NCBI GenBank assembly: GCA_018675975.1
Contig: JABGXB010000002.1
Location: 504,098 to 568,097, forward strand
DNA: 64,000 nucleotides
Origin: Candidatus Woesearchaeota archaeon
Lineage (GTDB): Archaea; Nanobdellota; Nanobdellia; Woesearchaeales; JABGXB01
Direction of reading: 5' to 3'
How positions within the stretch are numbered: the stretch's first letter is position 1; the number at the start of each line of letters is the position of its first letter. This document shows, piece after piece, positions 1 through 8,886 of this stretch. Both the position numbers and the translations under genes were made by a program. The notes below the pieces were generated by a model. The model did no database searches, was not told the origin of the DNA, and saw nothing but the letters and a program-made list of their open reading frames with translations.

Positions 1-30
1 TGAGTATGTATTCTTTAATCTTATTATAAC

Positions 31-960
31 TCATTTTTTATTTTTGTCTTCAACACTATCTAACATTATTTTTGCGATATTTCTTATGTGGTCGACCATT
101 TGTACCATGTGAATTGTACTTTCGGGTGTGTTTTTATTATTTATGATCATTTCATTGATTTCGTCTCTTTCACCCATTATAGTATTTGCCAATTCTTTAT
201 TATTTGTAAAATATGCTTTCATTGTTTTTAAATAATATTCTTCAATTTTTAGGAAAGTATCTTGTAATTGTTTTGTTTTTTTCTTTTTAGAATCAATTTC
301 TTTTGCTATTTTTTTTACAAAATCTGCAACATTTTCTAAATTTTTAGCCATCCACCATACTGATATGGTTTCTACTGAACTTAATTTATGTGGATTATTT
401 GGATTTTCAAGTATTGATCTTATTAATCTTGATACTAAAAAATATAATTTGTCTACTTCATAATCTCTAAATTCTAGTGATTTTAATGTTGTTAAATCAT
501 CATTTTTAAGATCAATTATCATACTTCTTGCAATCATATCCATTCTTCTTAATGTATTTGCAATTGAAAATTCATTTAAATTTAAATAATCTCTAGCAAC
601 TAAACAACTATTTGTTTGTTCAGTTACTTCTAATGCTAAAAAATTTTGTAATATTTTTCTTATATCATCTAATTTTTCATTTAATTCTGTACCGTGAAAT
701 CTAAATACATTATAATTATTAATATATGCTGAAATAGTAGCTCTTCTTAGATAGTTTATGTTTTTTTTATCTACATTAAAAGATATTTCTTTTACTTCTT
801 CTCTGTCAACATTTTCTGTTGTAGATAATTCTAAACAATTTTTATTTGGTTTTAAAAATATTAAATCTCCTTTTTTTAAATTATTTGCTTTAATCCATTT
901 TTTTGGTATTGAAACTGTGTATGTATCTGCACCAGTTTTAACCAATTTTCTTGTTTCCAT
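31..960 (-). CDS. AbrB/SpoVT-PhoU phosphate uptake regulator family protein
   Basis: N-terminal AbrB-like motif (RKLVKTGADTYTVSIPKKW) followed by helical PhoU-like repeats (DYEVDKLYFLV, LENVADF). Confidence 0.85.
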   Translation of the reverse strand: METRKLVKTGADTYTVSIPKKWIKANNLKKGDLIFLKPNKNCLELSTTENVDREEVKEISFNVDKKNINYLRRATISAYINNYNVFRFHGTELNEKLDDIRKILQNFLALEVTEQTNSCLVARDYLNLNEFSIANTLRRMDMIARSMIIDLKNDDLTTLKSLEFRDYEVDKLYFLVSRLIRSILENPNNPHKLSSVETISVWWMAKNLENVADFVKKIAKEIDSKKKKTKQLQDTFLKIEEYYLKTMKAYFTNNKELANTIMGERDEINEMIINNKNTPESTIHMVQMVDHIRNIAKIMLDSVEDKNKK

Positions 961-977
961 TAAGACCCCTTTTCAAA

Positions 978-1009
978 TAACGTATTCTATATAAAATACG
1001 TTACGTATT
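978..1009. promoter_or_regulatory. Candidate operator: perfect 9-bp inverted repeat TAACGTATT-n8-AATACGTTA plus a third ACGTATT half-site
   Basis: Seen directly; lies between the minus-strand TATA-like box (1011-1020) and the AbrB-PhoU start. Confidence 0.5.
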
Positions 1010-1041
1010 GATATATAAAGTTTTTTATTCTAATTAATTAT

Positions 1042-1446
1042 ATGAATTTATTAGATTGGGCTGAAGATTATTTTAGACATAGAGATTTAATTCTATGTCA
1101 AATAGAAACTATTGTAAAAAATAAAGATAATTTAATAATTAGACATAATGATGGAATAGTAAAAAAAATTTATATAACTGATTATATTAATAATTTTGAT
1201 TTTAGTTTAGATGGTGATGTAAATAATATTTTTGTTTTAAATAATAAAAAGAATTTAAATTTTTTAATAAATCACTGGGATGAATTATCTAAACATAAAA
1301 ATTTATCTTTTTATTTTATTAATCCGGATAGTTCTATTGATAAACTTTGGATTATTTCACCTTATATTCATTCTAAAATTTGTGAGCCTGATAATATTGA
1401 AAGAAGTTTAAATTCATTATTTTCATCTGTTTGTGAAATTAAATAG
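1042..1446 (+). CDS. Hypothetical protein
   Basis: 134-aa ATG ORF with protein-like composition. Confidence 0.7.
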   Translation: MNLLDWAEDYFRHRDLILCQIETIVKNKDNLIIRHNDGIVKKIYITDYINNFDFSLDGDVNNIFVLNNKKNLNFLINHWDELSKHKNLSFYFINPDSSIDKLWIISPYIHSKICEPDNIERSLNSLFSSVCEIK

Positions 1447-2338
1447 TTTTTTTATTTGATTCTATTAAACATAATAATTTAAAAATTAATTTTGCTGCTG
1501 AAAAATCAGAATAATGTTCTTGTTTATTACTTGAAAATTCCATAAAGTCAAGCCCAATTATATTTTTTTCTTTCAATATTTGTTTAAATAAGTTTATGGT
1601 GTATTGCCATTCAAGTCCATTTGGTTCTGGTGTTCCTGTATTTGGAAATATATGCGGGTCAAATCCATCTACGTCAATTGTTATGAATACATTTTTTTTT
1701 ATATTTGGTATTAATTTTTCAATTAATTTGGATATTGGCATTTGTTTTATTTCATGTGAAAAAATTGTACATATTTGATTATTATTTTTTACAAATTGAT
1801 GTATTTCTTTTGTAATTGATCTAATTCCTAATTGAATTATATTAATATTTTCAATTTCATTTATTCTTTTCATTACGCTTGCATGTGAATATTTATTATT
1901 ATTATAACTTTCATCAAGGTCCGTGTGGGCATCTATTTGTATGATTGTGAATTCATTATATTTTTCTTTTAATGCCCTTACTAATCCTAATGTTAGGCTG
2001 TGTTCTCCGCCAATCATTAGTGGAAATTTATTGTCATTTAATATTTTTTTTGAATTTTCATATACAAAATCTAATGCTGTTTCGATTTTAATATTTTCAT
2101 CAAATTTACTAATTTTAAATGTGTGAATATTATTTAATTCAATTTCAAATTCTTCATCATAATTTTCTAAATATTGGCTAGCATTAATTATTGCTTCGGG
2201 TCCATTTATTGTACCTTTATTATAACTTACTGTTCCTTCATAGCCTATGGGGAAAATAATTATTTTGCTTTCTTCATATTTGCTATTTTTTCTATTTCCA
2301 ACAAAATATTTTCCATTAAAATTATTTTTTAATTCCAT
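1439..2338 (-). CDS. speB: Agmatinase (ureohydrolase family)
   Basis: GGEHS, DAHTD, SHAS, DVDGFDP and TGTPEP motifs. Confidence 0.9.
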   Translation of the reverse strand: MELKNNFNGKYFVGNRKNSKYEESKIIIFPIGYEGTVSYNKGTINGPEAIINASQYLENYDEEFEIELNNIHTFKISKFDENIKIETALDFVYENSKKILNDNKFPLMIGGEHSLTLGLVRALKEKYNEFTIIQIDAHTDLDESYNNNKYSHASVMKRINEIENINIIQLGIRSITKEIHQFVKNNNQICTIFSHEIKQMPISKLIEKLIPNIKKNVFITIDVDGFDPHIFPNTGTPEPNGLEWQYTINLFKQILKEKNIIGLDFMEFSSNKQEHYSDFSAAKLIFKLLCLIESNKKTI

Positions 2339-2339
2339 T

Positions 2340-3377
2340 TTAATCTACAATTATTGTTTTTATTTTTTCTAAATTACAGAAATCTGAGGAATAATTATAT
2401 GCTCCTGCATTTTCAAATATTATATAATTTCCTTTTTTTGGATTGTTTAGTCCTATTCTATATCTAAATATGTCCATTGAACAAGGCGTTTTTCCTTTAA
2501 TTAAATATTGTTCTTCTGGTTTATAATTTTCAATTTCATTTTGTATAATTAATTTCATATCTGCAATTAATGTATCAATAGATGTATTGTATACTGAACA
2601 ATCAATAGTGATATTTTTTTCTTCAATTGCAATTATTTGTGCTTTTAATTTTACACATGGTGCTGCTAAAGCTCTTCCAGGTTCAATATGTATTTCAATT
2701 GTTGAATTTTCTTTTTTACAGTATTCAACTAATTCTTTTATTTTATTTTTTATTCTTTCAATTGTTCTTGTATTTGTATTTTTATATGTTGATGGTATCC
2801 CTCCACCAATATTTATAATTTTTATTTTTTTATAATTTTCTTTTGTTAATGAATTTACAATATCTTCAACTAATGACCATTCTGCTACATTTTGTGTTTT
2901 TCTATGTACATGAATTCCTATTTTTTCTATTAAATTATTATTAGAATGTTTTTGAATTAATTCATTAACTTTTTTAGTATTTAATCCAAAAACAAAATAT
3001 TTTCCTGTTTTTACTGTATTTTCTTTTAATTTCATTCTTATTAATAATTTAATTTTTTTATTAGTTTTATTTATACATTCAATTAAATTATTTAAGTCTG
3101 TTTCATTATCGATTACAAATTTATTTATATTATTATTTAGTAAATTAATAATTTCTTCTTTGGAATGTGCAAATGGGAAATACCAAACTCGAGTTTTGTC
3201 TTTTATTTGTTTTAATGAGTTTAATGAATGGATGTTAAATTTGCAGTCAGTTAATTTTTCAAGCAAGATTCCAACTTCTTCATTTGTTTTATGACTATAT
3301 GATACTATTACATTTAAATTTTTTAATTTATTATATTCTTCAATTAATTTACTTTTTGATAATAGAAATTCAGCCAT
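2340..3377 (-). CDS. PLP-dependent group IV (Orn/Lys/Arg/DAP) decarboxylase
   Basis: YSHKTN (PLP lysine), NIGGG, EPGR and NAGAY motifs. Confidence 0.85.
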   Translation of the reverse strand: MAEFLLSKSKLIEEYNKLKNLNVIVSYSHKTNEEVGILLEKLTDCKFNIHSLNSLKQIKDKTRVWYFPFAHSKEEIINLLNNNINKFVIDNETDLNNLIECINKTNKKIKLLIRMKLKENTVKTGKYFVFGLNTKKVNELIQKHSNNNLIEKIGIHVHRKTQNVAEWSLVEDIVNSLTKENYKKIKIINIGGGIPSTYKNTNTRTIERIKNKIKELVEYCKKENSTIEIHIEPGRALAAPCVKLKAQIIAIEEKNITIDCSVYNTSIDTLIADMKLIIQNEIENYKPEEQYLIKGKTPCSMDIFRYRIGLNNPKKGNYIIFENAGAYNYSSDFCNLEKIKTIIVD

Positions 3378-3378
3378 T

Positions 3379-4317
3379 TTAATTTATTATTTTGTTTTCA
3401 ATTAAATTTTCAAGTGCATGTATCATTGCTAATGGAAATAATATTGATACGTCACCTATGACTGTTGCAGCATCGCTTTCATCTTTAATTTTACCCCAGC
3501 TTTTAGCTTCTCTTGTTGTAGCTCCACTCATTGATCCACTTTTTTGTTCTGCTGTAGTCATATAAACTGCAAACTCCATTCCGCCATTAATTAATCCTGC
3601 AAGTATTGCATGGTGTTTTGAAATGCTTCCACCTAATGAAATAATTCCTTTTTTTTCATCGTGGCTTGTACATAATACAATATTTTTAAAATCTTGAATT
3701 ACATCAATCATAAAATCTGGATGTTTTTGTTGAAACATATATAGATGGAAGCCAAATGCACCGTCCGTTATTGCTGGACAAAATATTGGTACATTATTTT
3801 TTGCTGCTTGATATAAAATACTATTTTCATCATTTAGCATTAAACCAATTTCTCTAAATAGTTCACTTGGTGTCCATCTTTTTTGTTTTTCATAACATTT
3901 TTTTAACATTTCATTTAGCATATCTTCTAAAATTAAATAACTTTGATTATCAATTAATAAATTTCCGATTCGATTTAATCCTTTTTCTTTTAATTCTAAA
4001 TCGTCAAGATCAAATCTACCCATTTGAAATTTTTCACCATGAGCTTTCATTATATCTTCTTCAATTCCACCAACTGTTGTTACAATAACATTTGCCATTT
4101 TTAGATTAATTAATTGTGCAAAAAATCCTCTTAGGCCACTAGTTACCATATTTGATGTAAATGTAAAAAATATTTTAGCTCCTGCCATTTTCATTTTTTC
4201 AAATACATTGCTTGCTCTTTTTAATTCAATACTTTGAAATCCAACATTACCTAATTGTTCAACTAAGTCTTTTACATTTATTCCTTTTTTCCATTTAAGA
4301 TCTTTGATATATTCCAT
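3379..4317 (-). CDS. dys: Deoxyhypusine synthase
   Basis: TSNMVTSGLR, NRIGNL, PAITDG, GSMSGA and EAKSWGK (catalytic Lys) motifs. Confidence 0.95.
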   Translation of the reverse strand: MEYIKDLKWKKGINVKDLVEQLGNVGFQSIELKRASNVFEKMKMAGAKIFFTFTSNMVTSGLRGFFAQLINLKMANVIVTTVGGIEEDIMKAHGEKFQMGRFDLDDLELKEKGLNRIGNLLIDNQSYLILEDMLNEMLKKCYEKQKRWTPSELFREIGLMLNDENSILYQAAKNNVPIFCPAITDGAFGFHLYMFQQKHPDFMIDVIQDFKNIVLCTSHDEKKGIISLGGSISKHHAILAGLINGGMEFAVYMTTAEQKSGSMSGATTREAKSWGKIKDESDAATVIGDVSILFPLAMIHALENLIENKIIN

Positions 4318-4528
4318 TTTGATTTTTATAATATTTTGAGAAAAATAATTTTATTTTTTGATTATTATAATATAGAGAATTTAGACTAGTTGAATTAAAT
4401 TAACATTTTGCTTTTGTTAAATTATAATTTGTCATATTTGATATCTTTAGGTTTTATTTAAAAGTGTTTTGTTTATTGTTATAATACTTATTATACAAAT
4501 TTATAAATTATTTTATGTTTTTAAATTT

Positions 4529-5020
4529 ATGACAAAACGGGCAGTAAAATTTAATAGTGTTTTGAATTCTTTAACTAGTTGTTTAAGACAAAGAGGTTAC
4601 AGTGTAGTCTCTGGATTGGAGTCTGAATTTGTTAGATACAAGAGAGAAAATGATTTGTTTTCTGCTGAATTTGGTTTGACGGATTCTTTTAAAGAAGAAT
4701 TTGATCAAAATCGTAATTTGATCAATATAAATTTAGATTATGAATTAAAAAGTGAATTTCCTAAAATTTATTTTGATTTTATTATTCCAGCTGATCATAT
4801 GATGAGTATGTTTTTTAGAAGTTTGAATACTGATCGGTTTGTAAAACGTTTTCCAAACGATTGTGGTAAATCATATTTAAATCCAAATTTTGACATTGAA
4901 TTTGAAAAAAAGATTAATGATGAAAAAATAAAGAGTGTTTTGGTGACTGTTATTGATTACTTGTACAATCATTCGTTTACAAATTTTCAGATGTTATATA
5001 ATACTAGAAATTTTGAATAA
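4529..5020 (+). CDS. Hypothetical protein (orphan-like)
   Basis: ORF; start moved to ATG 4529, downstream of a TTTATAAA box. Confidence 0.65.
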   Translation: MTKRAVKFNSVLNSLTSCLRQRGYSVVSGLESEFVRYKRENDLFSAEFGLTDSFKEEFDQNRNLININLDYELKSEFPKIYFDFIIPADHMMSMFFRSLNTDRFVKRFPNDCGKSYLNPNFDIEFEKKINDEKIKSVLVTVIDYLYNHSFTNFQMLYNTRNFE

Positions 5021-5061
5021 TTATGCACTATGATTATAAATAGTAAATTTGACATTAATTT

Positions 5062-5874
5062 ATGGCAAAGAACTTTTGGTCTAATGTTAATAAAGTAATT
5101 ACTGACTCTGATTTAGTTATGATGGTTTTGGATGCGCGTATTCCTGAACTTACTTTAAATCATGAAATTGAAAAAAAAATAATGAAGTTAAATAAAAATA
5201 TTATTTTTATTATAAATAAATGTGATTTAATTGATAAAAAACACGCGGAAGAAATTAAAAAAAGTATTCCTAATTCGGTTTTTATTAGTACAAAAAAACA
5301 TTTTGGGGCTACTATTTTAAAAAAAAAAATTATGCATTTTGCTTCAAAAAAACAATCTAATGATGATGTTGAAATTAGGAATCGTTCTTTAATTGTTGCT
5401 GTTGTTGGATATCCGAATACTGGAAAAAGTAGTGTTATTAATATGCTTGCGGGAAAGGGTAAAACAAAAACTAGTTCTTATGCGGGTTATACTAAAGGTC
5501 TTCAAAAAGTGAGAATTAGTCCAAAAGTTATGTTATTTGATAGTCCCGGTGTTATTTCTTTTGAAAATAAAGATAAAATTAAGCAAGTTATTTTGGGTTC
5601 TTTAAATCCTGCGAATCTAGAAGATATTGATTTATATGCATATGAATTAATTAAATATTTAAATGAAATTATTCAAATTCATTATTTTGATTCTTTTGAT
5701 AAAAATTTAGATGATGAAAATTTATTAATTAAAATAAGTGAAAAATTTAATTATAAAAAAAAGGGAAATGAATTCGATATAAATAAGGCTAGTGAAAAAT
5801 TAATTTTAGATTGGCAAAAGGGTAAAATTAATATGGTAGTTTGTGATGTTCTTGATAAATCGGAAGATTTTTAA
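5062..5874 (+). CDS. Circularly permuted ribosome-biogenesis GTPase (RbgA/YlqF family)
   Basis: G4-G1-G3 order: DARIP, NKCD, GYPNTGKSS, DSPG. Confidence 0.9.
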   Translation: MAKNFWSNVNKVITDSDLVMMVLDARIPELTLNHEIEKKIMKLNKNIIFIINKCDLIDKKHAEEIKKSIPNSVFISTKKHFGATILKKKIMHFASKKQSNDDVEIRNRSLIVAVVGYPNTGKSSVINMLAGKGKTKTSSYAGYTKGLQKVRISPKVMLFDSPGVISFENKDKIKQVILGSLNPANLEDIDLYAYELIKYLNEIIQIHYFDSFDKNLDDENLLIKISEKFNYKKKGNEFDINKASEKLILDWQKGKINMVVCDVLDKSEDF

Positions 5875-5896
5875 CTATTTCTAAAATCTGTTTTTT

Positions 5897-6958
5897 ATGG
5901 ATACAGTACTTGTTAATATTAGTGATATTGAAAAGAATAATGAATTAATGAATTTATTAGATGAAGCAACTAATGTTTATAATAAAAATTTTAATGGTAA
6001 AACTTGGTATGGTAGATGTATTTTTATTTCTTGGTATTGTTCTGTTGGGGATTGTACTTTTTGTTTTAGAACTACTCAAAAACATAAAATTAAGCATCCT
6101 AAATTTTCAAGAAGGTCTATGGGATCGATATTATTAGAGGCTTTATTTTCTAAATTATTTAATTGGAGAATTGAATTTATTACTGGTGGTTATGGTATAA
6201 TGTCTAATGTGGATTTATTGGAAGTGGTTAAAAATGTAAGTTTTGTATATGGTGAAAAGGTTTGGGTTAATTTGGGTGCTCTTACAAATGAACAAATAGA
6301 ATTGTTTAGACCTTATATGAAAGGTATTTGTGCTTCTATGGAGACTTTACATCCTGAGTTACATAAAGAAGTTTGTCCAAGTAAACCTATTGAGCCATAT
6401 GATAAAATGTTTTCAAAAATAACTGGTTTTAAAAAAAGTATTGCAGTTATTGTAGGACTTGGTGATACATTTGATGATATGAAATATTTATTTGATTTTG
6501 TAGAAAAACATGATTTGGATAGAGTTACAATTTATGCATTGAAACCAATTACTGGTGGGGCATATAAGGAAGGGCCAACAACTGAACAATATATTACTTG
6601 GATTGCAAAATTAAGAATAAGATTTCCTAAATTAGAAATTATTGCTGGTACGAATTTTAGACGTTGTGATGAAATTAATTGGTTAATGAAGGCGGGAGCA
6701 AATGCTATTACTAAATTTCCTGCAACAAAACAATTCGCTTCAAAAAAAGCTTATGAAATTACTCAATTAATTAAAGATGAAAAAAGAGAATTTACTTCAA
6801 ATTTAACTGAGTTAAAAAATCAAGATATGGGTGAAATTGATTGGAATTATGAAATTGATAAGTTAAATATAAAACAAGATTATAAAGATCAAATGAAAGA
6901 AAAATTACAAAATTATTTGAATACCTTTAAAAAAAATCATTTGAAGGTTGAAAATTAA
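5897..6958 (+). CDS. Radical SAM protein (BioB/HydE-like fold, unknown function)
   Basis: CSVGDCTFC Cys cluster; GG and IVGLG motifs. Confidence 0.75.
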   Translation: MDTVLVNISDIEKNNELMNLLDEATNVYNKNFNGKTWYGRCIFISWYCSVGDCTFCFRTTQKHKIKHPKFSRRSMGSILLEALFSKLFNWRIEFITGGYGIMSNVDLLEVVKNVSFVYGEKVWVNLGALTNEQIELFRPYMKGICASMETLHPELHKEVCPSKPIEPYDKMFSKITGFKKSIAVIVGLGDTFDDMKYLFDFVEKHDLDRVTIYALKPITGGAYKEGPTTEQYITWIAKLRIRFPKLEIIAGTNFRRCDEINWLMKAGANAITKFPATKQFASKKAYEITQLIKDEKREFTSNLTELKNQDMGEIDWNYEIDKLNIKQDYKDQMKEKLQNYLNTFKKNHLKVEN

Positions 6959-7452
6959 TATTGATATAAATTTAAAAATCCTTTAATTCTACTTAATAAT
7001 TCATTACCAACTTGAATCATTAATTCATTATCTGGTTCTAATTCTTTTGACATTACAATTTTGTTAAATACTGTTTTAATAAAAAACCAGTTTTTATTAA
7101 AATTCCATGCATCACCATAATCAGTTTCAATTATACCTTCAATTTCTATTTTTATTTTTGCATCTTGCATTAATACTTTATGTTCTGCTCTTTCTACTTC
7201 TACATTCTTTATTTCATTTGCTTCAAATTTTATTTTAAATATGTGTTTTAAATAGTCTGATAAGTCTTTTTCAAATTCAATTTTCATTTTAAAACTTTTA
7301 GAATCTTCTTTAGCAGTTTCTTCATATTCAGGGTCATCATATCCATATTGTTTACTTTCAAAAAAATCTTTTATTACTTTGTGTAAGTCTTTTAAATCTA
7401 ATAGACCTGAATATTCAATTTTTTTTGTAAATATTTTTCTTTTTTCTCCCAT
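6955..7452 (-). CDS. Hypothetical protein (probable paralog of the adjacent gene)
   Basis: 165-aa ORF with an N-terminal GLLDL pattern similar to its neighbour. Confidence 0.7.
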   Translation of the reverse strand: MGEKRKIFTKKIEYSGLLDLKDLHKVIKDFFESKQYGYDDPEYEETAKEDSKSFKMKIEFEKDLSDYLKHIFKIKFEANEIKNVEVERAEHKVLMQDAKIKIEIEGIIETDYGDAWNFNKNWFFIKTVFNKIVMSKELEPDNELMIQVGNELLSRIKGFLNLYQY

Positions 7453-7483
7453 TTTTATTCTTATATTTTTTTTAATTTATTTA

Positions 7484-7942
7484 CTATATAATTGTATTTA
7501 AAATATTTTTAACATTATCTCTCCATTCACATATCATTTCATCCATTCTTTCATCCATTTCTGATAATTGATCTTCAATTGAATTTTCAAATACTTTTTT
7601 ATCTAAATTTCCTTTTTTAGTATTTTCAAATTTATCTACATAGTCTGTTTCTTTGTCAATTTCCATTGTTATTCTTAATTTTCCTCTGCAAATGGTTTTT
7701 ATTTTTTCTCCTTGTTTTATATCAACTGGGTTTTGCATTTGCCAAAATAATTTTATTGTATATTCAATTTTTGTATATGGATTTACTTTTCTAAATCCTG
7801 ACATTTCATATTTATTTTCTTTACCTTTTCTAATACTTGATTTTGGACTTGATAAAAATGTATGTGAGGGTCCAAAACCCTGACAATATTTTATAATTTC
7901 ATCAATATCAAATAATCCAACAAATATTATCGTTTTTTCCAT
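7484..7942 (-). CDS. Hypothetical protein
   Basis: 152-aa ORF; GLFDI and ETDY shared with the neighbour. Confidence 0.7.
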   Translation of the reverse strand: MEKTIIFVGLFDIDEIIKYCQGFGPSHTFLSSPKSSIRKGKENKYEMSGFRKVNPYTKIEYTIKLFWQMQNPVDIKQGEKIKTICRGKLRITMEIDKETDYVDKFENTKKGNLDKKVFENSIEDQLSEMDERMDEMICEWRDNVKNILNTII

Positions 7943-8019
7943 AATTTATTTTAGTTAAAATTGTTTAAAAATATATGGGATATAAATATTTTTATAAATA
8001 TCCATTTATAGTAAAATTC

Positions 8020-8886
8020 ATGGTAAAAAAATATATTGGTGGTCAAGCTCTTTTGGGTGGTGTTATGATGAAGGGCAGAGAATTTGTAGCTGCTGTGGTT
8101 GAAAATGATAAAAAATATAGTTATTATATTAAGCGAATCAAACCATTACCTAATATATTTGAAATCCCTTTTATTCGGGGATTTATACATTTAATTGAAA
8201 TGATGATTATTGGCTTAAAAACATTAATTTGGTCTGGTAATCAACAATTAGAAGAAGATGAACAAGAAAGTATGTCAAATTCTCATATTTTCTTTTTAAT
8301 TTTAACTTCATTTATTTTTGCAATTGGGTTATTTGTAATTTTACCTTTATTTTTAACTAAAATTTTTATTAGTGATGGTAGTTTATTATTTAATTTAATT
8401 GATGGTTTAATTAGAGTTATTATTTTTATTTTATATATTGTTATAATTGGAAAAATGGATGATATTTCTGAGGTTTACAAATATCATGGTGCTGAGCACA
8501 AAACGGTAAACTGTTATGAAGCGAATAAAAAATTAACTGTAAAAAATGTAAAGTCATTTAGTACGGTTCATCCTAGATGTGGAACTACATTTATTTTTAT
8601 TGTATTAATTATTTCAATTTTATTATTTTCAGTAATTAAAAGTAATGATTGGTTTGTTCAATTTGCAATTAGGGTTTTATTTATTCCTCTAATTGCTGGT
8701 ATTAGTTTTGAAATATTAAGATTTACTGCAAATCATTGTAATAATTTTTTTATTAAAATTATTATGAAACCTGGTTTGATGTTACAATCTTTAACTACTA
8801 AAGAACCAGAAGATGATAAAATAAAAGTTGCAATTCTTGCAATAAATAAAGTTATTGAATTAGAAAAAAAATATAAAATTAATTAA
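8020..8886 (+). CDS. DUF1385 family membrane protein (putative metal-dependent enzyme)
   Basis: IGGQALLGGVMM, YHGAEHK, HPRCGTTF and LTTKEP motifs; start moved to ATG 8020. Confidence 0.9.
   Translation: MVKKYIGGQALLGGVMMKGREFVAAVVENDKKYSYYIKRIKPLPNIFEIPFIRGFIHLIEMMIIGLKTLIWSGNQQLEEDEQESMSNSHIFFLILTSFIFAIGLFVILPLFLTKIFISDGSLLFNLIDGLIRVIIFILYIVIIGKMDDISEVYKYHGAEHKTVNCYEANKKLTVKNVKSFSTVHPRCGTTFIFIVLIISILLFSVIKSNDWFVQFAIRVLFIPLIAGISFEILRFTANHCNNFFIKIIMKPGLMLQSLTTKEPEDDKIKVAILAINKVIELEKKYKIN

Noticed and set aside
5897..6958. Biotin synthase (bioB) call
   Set aside because: Atypical Cys spacing, no clear second-cluster ligands and no biotin pathway context
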